DNA of 64,000 nucleotides, taken from NCBI GenBank assembly GCA_964455085.1, contig CAYVYJ010000002.1, forward strand, positions 8,194 through 72,193. Direction: 5' to 3'. The DNA comes from an uncultured Planctomycetia bacterium. GTDB lineage: Bacteria; Omnitrophota; Gorgyraeia; Duberdicusellales; 4484-171. Made by a program: the position numbers and the translations under genes. Under the pieces are notes generated by a model. That model saw only the letters and a list, made by a program, of their open reading frames with translations, ran no database searches and had not been told where the DNA came from. This document shows, piece by piece, positions 57,419 through 64,000 of the stretch; within the stretch, counting starts at the first letter, position 1; each line of letters begins with the position of its first letter.

Positions 57419-57778
57419 ATGTTAGTCAAAATCATCGGGTTTATCTGGGTTATTTTCGGTATTCTGGTCTTGATTAAGCCGCAGATCTTGAAAAAGAAAC
57501 TGCAAACCAAGAGCATCAAAAAGTTAAAACGAAGCTTATTTTTACTGACGATTATTCTATCGGCCACCTTGATTATAACCGCTTTTAAAGCCCAGGGCCT
57601 ACTATCAAAAATACTGATGGTTATAGGGATTTTAGGGATTTTTAAGGGATTTATCTTCTTAAGCAATAAAGGAGCTGAGAAACTGATCGGCTTATCTTCT
57701 CGGATGTCCTTGGGGCTCTATCGTTTAGGTGGTGCAATCTATATTGTGATCGGCCTAAGCATCTTAAAATTCCTCTAG
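57419..57778 (+). CDS. Small integral membrane protein (3-4 TM helices), unknown function
   Basis: 119 aa, strongly hydrophobic, RBS AGGAGGTGAGG. Confidence 0.5.
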   Translation: MLVKIIGFIWVIFGILVLIKPQILKKKLQTKSIKKLKRSLFLLTIILSATLIITAFKAQGLLSKILMVIGILGIFKGFIFLSNKGAEKLIGLSSRMSLGLYRLGGAIYIVIGLSILKFL

Positions 57779-57825
57779 AGTCGTTGATTGATGTTGCGAA
57801 TTTTGGCTTGGGAGTGGAATTCTTT

Positions 57826-57836
57826 TGTGCTATAAT
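57826..57836 (+). promoter_or_regulatory. Extended -10 promoter TGTGCTATAAT upstream of otsA
   Basis: Second copy of TTTTGTGCTATAAT. Confidence 0.5.
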
Positions 57837-57880
57837 TAAAAGCTCGATGAAAGGGTCTTTAAACCAAAAAAAAACGTTAA

Positions 57881-59353
57881 ATGCTAAAAGTTTGGGATAA
57901 AAAGTCAGTTTTAGAACTAGTAAGGGGTAAGTTTTCCGACTATACCTTTGTGGTAGTTTCTAACCGTCAACCCTATATCCATAAATTGTCCCGAGGAAAA
58001 ATTGAGTGTACTCGCGGTCCCGGTGGGGTAGTTACGGCTTTAGACCCGATTATGCAGGAGCTGGGCGGACTGTGGGTTTGTTGTGGCAGCGGCGATGCAG
58101 ATCAGCTGGTGGTAAAGAACTCGAAAGTAAAGGTTCCGCCGGATAATCCGTCTTATGAGCTGAAATATGTCTGGTTAAGTAAGACCGAAAATTTAGGTTA
58201 TTACTTTGGATACTCTAACCAGGGGCTTTGGCCGCTCTCTCACTTAGTTTTCATGAAGCCGGAATTCAAGAATGAAGATTGGAAAATTTATAAACAGGTA
58301 AATAAGAAGTTTGCTCAAAATATCAGTAAAGAGATAAAGGATAAGAAAGCAATTGTTTTTGTACAGGATTACCACCTGGCTTTAGTGAGTAATTATTTAA
58401 AAGAGATAAATCCTCAGGTGGTTACCCTTCTTTTCTGGCACATTCCTTGGCCTACCTATGATCTTTTCCGAATTCTGCCTCAGCGTCAGGAGCTGTTAGA
58501 AGGGATACTCTCTTACGACCTTTTAGGATTTCAGATAAAATACTTCTGCAATAACTTCTTCGATGCCGTAGCTAATGAAATTGAGGCTAAGATCGACGAT
58601 GAGAAACAATTAATCGTACACCGAAAACACACCTCTTTAGTAAGGAACTACCCGATAAGTGTTGATTTTGAAGGTATAAGTAAGACTTCTGAGGCTGATG
58701 AGGTGGAAAGCTTAGCCTGCTCACTTAGAGAGGAATTTGGCCTAGAAGGCTATAAAGTAATAATTGGCTTAGACCGGATAGATTATACCAAGGGTATTGT
58801 GGAGAGAATAGATGCAATCGATAAGCTCTTAGATACCCATCCGGAGCTAAAAGAGAAGATAATTTTTATTCAGATGGGAGAAATTTCCCGCATCCATCTC
58901 ATCCAATATAAGCAACTTAATGAGAAGGTCAATGCCCGGGTAGAGGAGGTAAATTTTAAACACTCTCAGAAACTTTGGAAACCAATAATTTTCTTAAGGA
59001 GACATCTTAATTTTAAAGAAGTCTTAGCTTTTTACAAAATAGCTGATATTTGCGTGGTTAGTTCTCTGCACGATGGGATGAATCTTGTGGCTAAAGAATT
59101 TATCTCAGCTAATACCAGCGAAAAAGGAGCACTAGTCTTAAGTCGTTTCACCGGAGCCAGCAGAGAGTTAGCCGATGCTATATCTATTAACCCCTACCAT
59201 CCTGAGGAAGTCAGCGCAGCTATTTATAAAGCCCTTACCATGAATGAGGACCAAAAGAAAAAAGTAATGAGGAAGCTACGGCAGAATGTCCAGCGTAATG
59301 ATATTTGGCGTTGGATTGGCAAGGTAATTTCTGATATCCCCCAGGAAGAGTGA
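57881..59353 (+). CDS. otsA: Trehalose-6-phosphate synthase (GT20)
   Basis: FVVVSNRQP N-terminal motif, 490 aa GT-B fold, followed by otsB. Confidence 0.85.
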   Translation: MLKVWDKKSVLELVRGKFSDYTFVVVSNRQPYIHKLSRGKIECTRGPGGVVTALDPIMQELGGLWVCCGSGDADQLVVKNSKVKVPPDNPSYELKYVWLSKTENLGYYFGYSNQGLWPLSHLVFMKPEFKNEDWKIYKQVNKKFAQNISKEIKDKKAIVFVQDYHLALVSNYLKEINPQVVTLLFWHIPWPTYDLFRILPQRQELLEGILSYDLLGFQIKYFCNNFFDAVANEIEAKIDDEKQLIVHRKHTSLVRNYPISVDFEGISKTSEADEVESLACSLREEFGLEGYKVIIGLDRIDYTKGIVERIDAIDKLLDTHPELKEKIIFIQMGEISRIHLIQYKQLNEKVNARVEEVNFKHSQKLWKPIIFLRRHLNFKEVLAFYKIADICVVSSLHDGMNLVAKEFISANTSEKGALVLSRFTGASRELADAISINPYHPEEVSAAIYKALTMNEDQKKKVMRKLRQNVQRNDIWRWIGKVISDIPQEE

Positions 59354-60135
59354 GATATATTTTTAATCCAGAAATAACTAAGGTACTGAAAAACAAAAAG
59401 AGGCTTTTTCTCTTCTTGGACTATGACGGTACGCTGGCAGCAATAGTCAAGGACCCTGAGAAAGCAAAGCTTACCTCAACTACCAGAAGACTGCTCAGAG
59501 AACTTAACCGGCAGAGAGAAATAGTTTTAGGTATTATTAGCGGAAGAAGTTTGTCGGATCTTAAGAAGAGAGTGGGGGTAAATAATATATTTTATGCCGG
59601 AAACCATGGTTTGGAAATTTTGTTTAAAGGAAAAAAGATTTTAGCCAAAGAAGCATTAATTAAGCAATGTCGGTTACCGTTAATTTTAGCTAAGAAGGAC
59701 TTAAAGAAAGTCTTAAAAGGCATTAAAGGAGTAGTCTTTGAAGATAAAGGAGTTATGTTTGCTGTCCATTACCGCAAGGTAACTAAGGGTTTAAGAAAAG
59801 TAAAATTAGCTTTCCGGCGAGCCACTGCACCTTTCTTGCGAAACAATAAGCTAAAGGTAAGTGCTGGCAAGAAAGTCTTAGAAATAAGACCTAATATTGC
59901 CATCAATAAGTTCGATGCCGTTAGTTTCCTCCAGAAGAAGCTTAAGAAGAAAAAAGACGAATTAACTATTTTTATCGGCGATGATTTAACTGATGAGGAT
60001 GTTTTTAAAAACTTAGGTCCCTCTGATTTTGGAATAAGAGTAGGCAGGAAACAAGGTTCCCGGGCTAAGTACTTCTTAAAAAGCCCTCAAGAAGTGAATA
60101 AACTGCTGACTAAGATATTAAAGTCTAAAGATTAA
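59350..60135 (+). CDS. otsB: Trehalose-6-phosphate phosphatase (HAD family)
   Basis: HAD motif I LFLDYDGTLA, motif IV GDDLTDED. Confidence 0.85.
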   Translation: MRYIFNPEITKVLKNKKRLFLFLDYDGTLAAIVKDPEKAKLTSTTRRLLRELNRQREIVLGIISGRSLSDLKKRVGVNNIFYAGNHGLEILFKGKKILAKEALIKQCRLPLILAKKDLKKVLKGIKGVVFEDKGVMFAVHYRKVTKGLRKVKLAFRRATAPFLRNNKLKVSAGKKVLEIRPNIAINKFDAVSFLQKKLKKKKDELTIFIGDDLTDEDVFKNLGPSDFGIRVGRKQGSRAKYFLKSPQEVNKLLTKILKSKD

Positions 60136-60262
60136 ATTGTTGCACAAGATGCTTGGTATCAAAGCCTTAGGCACTAATATTTTTGATTTTACCCTTATAT
60201 TTTTCAAAAAAGCTTGCTAACTAAGGAATCTTGTGATAAATTCCTTTGTTGAAGGAGATTGA

Positions 60263-62143
60263 ATGTCTAAAGATTATTTAAACTTTTTAAAACAGCGGCT
60301 GGATCAAGAAAGCCTCAAGAAGCTTACTATGCTTGAGAACCCCAAAGTTATTAGCTTTGTTGGTGAGTATTTAGAGCTTTGCAGTCCTCGATCAGTCTTT
60401 GTCCGCACTGATTCTCTTTCCGATTCAACTTATATTAGAGCCAAAGCCCTGGCTGCTGGCGAAGAGAGGAATTTAAACCTCAAAGGCCATAGTATTCACT
60501 TTGATGGTTTTTTTGACCAAGCCCGGGATAAAAAGAATACCAAGTATCTTATCGCCGGGGACGCAGGTAGCGGTTATTTAAATAGTATTGACCGCCAGGA
60601 GGGTAGAGCTGAGGTAAGGAACATATTAGGCGATATCATGAAGGGTAAGGAGATGTTTATTTGTTTCTTCTGTTTGGGCCCGACTAATTCTCCCTTTTCT
60701 ATCTTAGCCGCTCAGATTACTGATTCCGCTTACGTCGTACATTCCGAAGACATTCTCTACCGTCCAGGCTATGAGCAGTTTAGGAAACGTAAAGGGGAAG
60801 GAGATTTTTTCTCCTTTGTGCATAGCGCCGGAGCTTTAGCTGACAATGTAAGTAAGGATGTAGATAAACGAAGAATATATATTGATTTAGAAGATAACTT
60901 AGTTTATAGCGTCAACACCCAGTATGCCGGTAATACCGTAGGCTTGAAAAAACTCTCCTTACGTCTGGCGATAAAAAAAGCTTACCAAGAAGGTTGGCTG
61001 GCCGAACACATGTTTTTAATGGGGGTTTTCGGCCCGGGAGAAAAAAAGACCTATTTTTGCGGAGCCTATCCCAGTATGTGTGGTAAAACTTCAACTGCCA
61101 TGCTCAGTGGAGAAGCTATTGTCGGCGACGACATAGCTTATTTAAGAGCCAAAGATAGTAAGGCTTTCGCGGTAAACGTAGAAAGGGGTATTTTTGGTAT
61201 TATTAAAGATGTAAACCCTAAAGATGATCCGGTATTATTTAAATCCTTAACCAAGAAAGGTGAGGTTATCTTCTCTAATATTTTAGTCGATAAAGAAAAT
61301 AATACTTTTTGGATCGGTAAGAGCGATAAAGTTCCTTCGCAAGGGGTAAACTACTCAGGAGCTTGGATGCTGGGGAAGACCGATAAGGGAGGAGCAACTA
61401 TTCCGCCTTCTCATAAGAATGCCCGCTATACTATAAGACTAAATGCCTTGGAGAATGTCGATGAAGATTTGGATAATCCTCAAGGGATAGAGATTAAGGG
61501 CTTAATTTACGGCGGACGGGATTCGGACACATTAGTTCCGGTGGAGCAAGCCCTCACCTGGCAGCAGGGAATTATTACTAAGGCTGCAAGTTTAGAATCA
61601 GAGACAACCGCGGCTACTTTGGGCAAGGAAGGGGTAAGAGTTTTTAACCCCATGTCTAACATGGATTTTCTTTCTATTCCTTTAGGTAAATATTTAGAGG
61701 CAAATTTAGGATTTGCTGAAAAGTTAACTAATCCGCCTTTAGTATTTTCGGTTAATTACTTCTTGAGAGATAAAAAGGGTCAATTTTTAAACCAGATACA
61801 AGATAAACGTATCTGGCTTAAATGGATGTGCTTAAGGGTTGAGAAAAAAGTTAAAGCGCTCCTGACCCCAACCGGGTTAATACCCCAATATGATTGCCTA
61901 AAGCAGCTGTTCAAAGAGGTCTTGGGCAGAGATTATCAGGAAGCTGAGTATCTTGAGCAATTTAGCCTAAGGGTGGTTGAGAACTTAGCTAAAATCGCAA
62001 GAATTAAAACAATCTATGAGAAGTTAGAAGATATTCCTGCTTGTTTGTTCGAAGAATTAAATGATCAGGATAAACGGTTAAGAGAGTGTCAAGAGAAATA
62101 CGGGGATTATGTTAGTCCTAAAAACTTTATCTGTGAGGTGTAA
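60263..62143 (+). CDS. pckG: Phosphoenolpyruvate carboxykinase (GTP)
   Basis: Kinase-1a/P-loop AYPSMCGKTSTAML (cf. AFPSACGKTN), 626 aa. Confidence 0.85.
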   Translation: MSKDYLNFLKQRLDQESLKKLTMLENPKVISFVGEYLELCSPRSVFVRTDSLSDSTYIRAKALAAGEERNLNLKGHSIHFDGFFDQARDKKNTKYLIAGDAGSGYLNSIDRQEGRAEVRNILGDIMKGKEMFICFFCLGPTNSPFSILAAQITDSAYVVHSEDILYRPGYEQFRKRKGEGDFFSFVHSAGALADNVSKDVDKRRIYIDLEDNLVYSVNTQYAGNTVGLKKLSLRLAIKKAYQEGWLAEHMFLMGVFGPGEKKTYFCGAYPSMCGKTSTAMLSGEAIVGDDIAYLRAKDSKAFAVNVERGIFGIIKDVNPKDDPVLFKSLTKKGEVIFSNILVDKENNTFWIGKSDKVPSQGVNYSGAWMLGKTDKGGATIPPSHKNARYTIRLNALENVDEDLDNPQGIEIKGLIYGGRDSDTLVPVEQALTWQQGIITKAASLESETTAATLGKEGVRVFNPMSNMDFLSIPLGKYLEANLGFAEKLTNPPLVFSVNYFLRDKKGQFLNQIQDKRIWLKWMCLRVEKKVKALLTPTGLIPQYDCLKQLFKEVLGRDYQEAEYLEQFSLRVVENLAKIARIKTIYEKLEDIPACLFEELNDQDKRLRECQEKYGDYVSPKNFICEV

Positions 62144-62145
62144 CT

Positions 62146-63024
62146 ATGGTTGATGATTTAGAAATTAAAGGATTGAAGCTATTTAAAAAAGGAAAAGTAA
62201 GAGATGTTTACGATTTAGGCGATAAACTGCTACTTGTGGCTAGCGACAGAATTTCTTGTTTTGATTTTATCTTACCTACTCCGATTCCTGATAAGGGAAA
62301 GATTTTGACCAAAGTTTCATCATTCTGGTTCTCGTTTCTAAAAGATACGGTAGAGAACCATCTTATTTCTACCAATTCAGAGGATTTGCCGGATCAGCTC
62401 AAGAGTTATAAAGAAAGAATAGCCGATCGGTTTATGATTGCCAGGAAGTGTGAAGTAGTACCATTTGAGTGCGTGGTTAGGGGTTACCTCTCTGGCTCAG
62501 GCTGGAAAGAATATAAGACTAAGCAAAGTATTTGCGGTATAAACTTGCCTTCTGATTTAGGAGAGTCAGCTAAGTTGCCAGAACCCATATTCACTCCGGC
62601 TACTAAGGCTGAGACTGGCCACGATGAAAATGTAGATTTTGATTATATGAAAAAAGAGATCGGAGTGGAATTAGCTGAAAAAATAAGGGGAATTAGTATT
62701 AGTGTTTACAATAAAGCTGTTGGCTACGCCCAGGAGAGAGGCGTAATTATTGCTGATACTAAATTTGAATTTGGTATTTGTAATGGTAAACTGATCTTAG
62801 TCGATGAGGTCTTGACTCCGGATTCTTCTCGTTTCTGGCCCAAGGATCAGTATCAGGCTGGAAGGCCTCAGGCCAGCTTTGATAAACAATTTGTCCGTGA
62901 TTATCTAGAATCATCTGGTTGGGATAAAACCCCTCCGGTTCCTACCTTGCCGCTTGAGGTGGTAGGTAAAACTCAAGAGAAGTACAAGCAGGTTTTAAAG
63001 TTACTTACTGGCGCTAATTTATAA
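62146..63024 (+). CDS. purC: Phosphoribosylaminoimidazole-succinocarboxamide synthase
   Basis: SAICAR synthetase signature LLLVASDRISCFD. Confidence 0.9.
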   Translation: MVDDLEIKGLKLFKKGKVRDVYDLGDKLLLVASDRISCFDFILPTPIPDKGKILTKVSSFWFSFLKDTVENHLISTNSEDLPDQLKSYKERIADRFMIARKCEVVPFECVVRGYLSGSGWKEYKTKQSICGINLPSDLGESAKLPEPIFTPATKAETGHDENVDFDYMKKEIGVELAEKIRGISISVYNKAVGYAQERGVIIADTKFEFGICNGKLILVDEVLTPDSSRFWPKDQYQAGRPQASFDKQFVRDYLESSGWDKTPPVPTLPLEVVGKTQEKYKQVLKLLTGANL

Positions 63025-63098
63025 AAATTAGGCCCTTAGTTACCTCCTCCTGCCGGCGAATAGTATTGACAATTACTAAATATATAGTATTTTAAATT

Positions 63099-63893
63099 AT
63101 GGTGAAGATAGTAGTCTGCATAAAGCAAGTCCCCGATACTACCGACGTAAAAATTAATCCCGAAACCAATACTTTAATCAGAGAAGGGGTTGATTCTATG
63201 ATTAATCCTTTTGACATGTATGCTATTGAGGAGGCAGTACGCCTCAAGGAACGTTTCAATGGTCAATCAATAGTTATTACCATGGGGCCGCCTCAGGCCC
63301 AGAGCGCTTTAAGAGAAGCTTTAGCTTTAGGGATAGATTCAGCAATTCACCTTTCAGATAGAGCTTTTGCCGGGTCCGATACTTGGGCTACTAGTTTGAT
63401 TTTAGCTAAGGCGATTGCCAAAATTGGCGACTGTGATCTGGTAATTTGCGGCAAACAAGCTTCCGACGGAGATACTGCTCAGGTTGGCCCGGGCATAGCC
63501 ACCCATCTTAATTTGCCCCAAGCTACTTATGTTCGGCGCATAGATTCAGTGCATCTTGATACTACCCCAAGAGTTATAATGGTGGAGAGGTTGCTTGAGG
63601 AAGGCTATGAGATGTTAGAGCTTAAACTGCCAACGCTTATTACCGTGGTGAAAGAAATAAACGAGCCCCGTCTACCTTCTCTTAGGGGAAAGATGAAGGC
63701 TAAGAAGGCTGAAATTACGGTTTGGGATAATAAAGATTTAGGGCTAGCCGAAGATCAGATTGGACTCAACGGTTCACCCACTCAAGTAATTAAAATATTT
63801 ACGCCGCCTCCTAAGGAAGGCGGAAAAATTTTACAGGGCGAACCAGGGGAAATAGTGGAAGAGTTATTTGGGGAGATCAAAGATTTAATATGA
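63099..63893 (+). CDS. etfB: Electron transfer flavoprotein beta subunit
   Basis: MVKIVVCIKQVPDT N-terminus, 264 aa. Confidence 0.9.
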   Translation: MVKIVVCIKQVPDTTDVKINPETNTLIREGVDSMINPFDMYAIEEAVRLKERFNGQSIVITMGPPQAQSALREALALGIDSAIHLSDRAFAGSDTWATSLILAKAIAKIGDCDLVICGKQASDGDTAQVGPGIATHLNLPQATYVRRIDSVHLDTTPRVIMVERLLEEGYEMLELKLPTLITVVKEINEPRLPSLRGKMKAKKAEITVWDNKDLGLAEDQIGLNGSPTQVIKIFTPPPKEGGKILQGEPGEIVEELFGEIKDLI

Positions 63894-64000
63894 GCGGGAT
63901 AAAGATAATTTTAGATAAATGTGTTGGTTGTGGCTTATGTCTTGGGGCCTGCCCGCTGGCAGCCATAAAGTTGATAGATAAGAAAGCAATAATTGATTTA
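63890..64000 (+). CDS. etfA: Electron transfer flavoprotein alpha subunit with N-terminal 4Fe-4S ferredoxin domain (3' end outside window)
   Basis: Begins MSGIKIILDKCVGCGLCLGACP (CxxCxxCxxxCP) directly after etfB. Confidence 0.6.
   Translation, partial: MSGIKIILDKCVGCGLCLGACPLAAIKLIDKKAIIDL

Noticed and set aside
1-64000. CRISPR arrays, tRNA or rRNA genes, integrases, transposases, toxin-antitoxin pairs
   Set aside because: Scanning found no regular short direct-repeat arrays, no cloverleaf-compatible segments in intergenic regions, and no recombinase-like ORFs. Intergenic space is small throughout apart from the inverted-repeat element at 39.75 kb.

Overview
The window is a low-GC (about 38%) bacterial chromosomal segment with almost every gene on the + strand and no rRNA, tRNA, CRISPR or obvious mobile element. 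All calls are from motif reading; no database search was possible.

Gene content in order:
- 1-14.5 kb: a type IVa pilus locus. It opens with the 3' end of a degenerate GGDEF protein and a standalone MshEN (GspE_N) domain protein. Two tandem PilB/GspE-type ATPases and PilC follow. Two paralogous pilin genes flank a polytopic alkaline-phosphatase/sulfatase-family membrane protein. PilM, PilN, PilO, PilP, the secretin PilQ, an ExeA/MshM-like AAA ATPase and a small PilP/GspB-like protein complete the locus.
- 14.5-18.9 kb, minus strand: an AsmA-like protein and a GH94-family glycoside phosphorylase.
- 19-21.4 kb: a thioredoxin-CcdA fusion and a radical SAM enzyme.
- 21.5-39.7 kb: a long sulfur-assimilation region. 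It mixes sulfate assimilation (APS/PAPS reductase, PiT-family permease) with siroheme precursor genes (hemA, a truncated hemC, cobA-hemD fusion, hemB, hemL). At its core is a ThiS-like sulfur carrier, MetY, a MoeB/ThiF-like E1, a JAMM metalloprotease fused to a small siroheme sulfite reductase, and a TusA-like protein. It also carries two CysK paralogs, an Rrf2 regulator, a ThiI-like PP-loop enzyme with extra Cys clusters, MetX/MetW, a second MoaD-like carrier, a His-type (sulfide-dependent) Thi4, and a hypothetical protein. The strongest novelty candidate is this protein-thiocarboxylate-type Met/Cys pathway with the JAMM-sulfite-reductase fusion.
- 39.75-39.94 kb: an inverted-repeat, terminator/attenuator-like element.
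- 39.95-46.6 kb: a copper/silver efflux locus. A CsoR-type operator sits inside a sigma70 promoter, followed by a YHS-cupredoxin protein, CsoR, and CusC/CusB/CusA-like efflux components.
- 46.7-53.4 kb: birA and bioB, bioF, bioH, bioC, two tandem palindromic hairpins, bioD, bioA.
- 53.4-57.8 kb: a Fur-family regulator with a repeated palindromic box, an outer-membrane beta-barrel protein, FeoB, a DtxR-FeoA fusion and a small membrane protein.
- 57.9-64 kb: otsA, otsB, GTP-dependent PEP carboxykinase, purC, etfB and the start of a ferredoxin-domain etfA.
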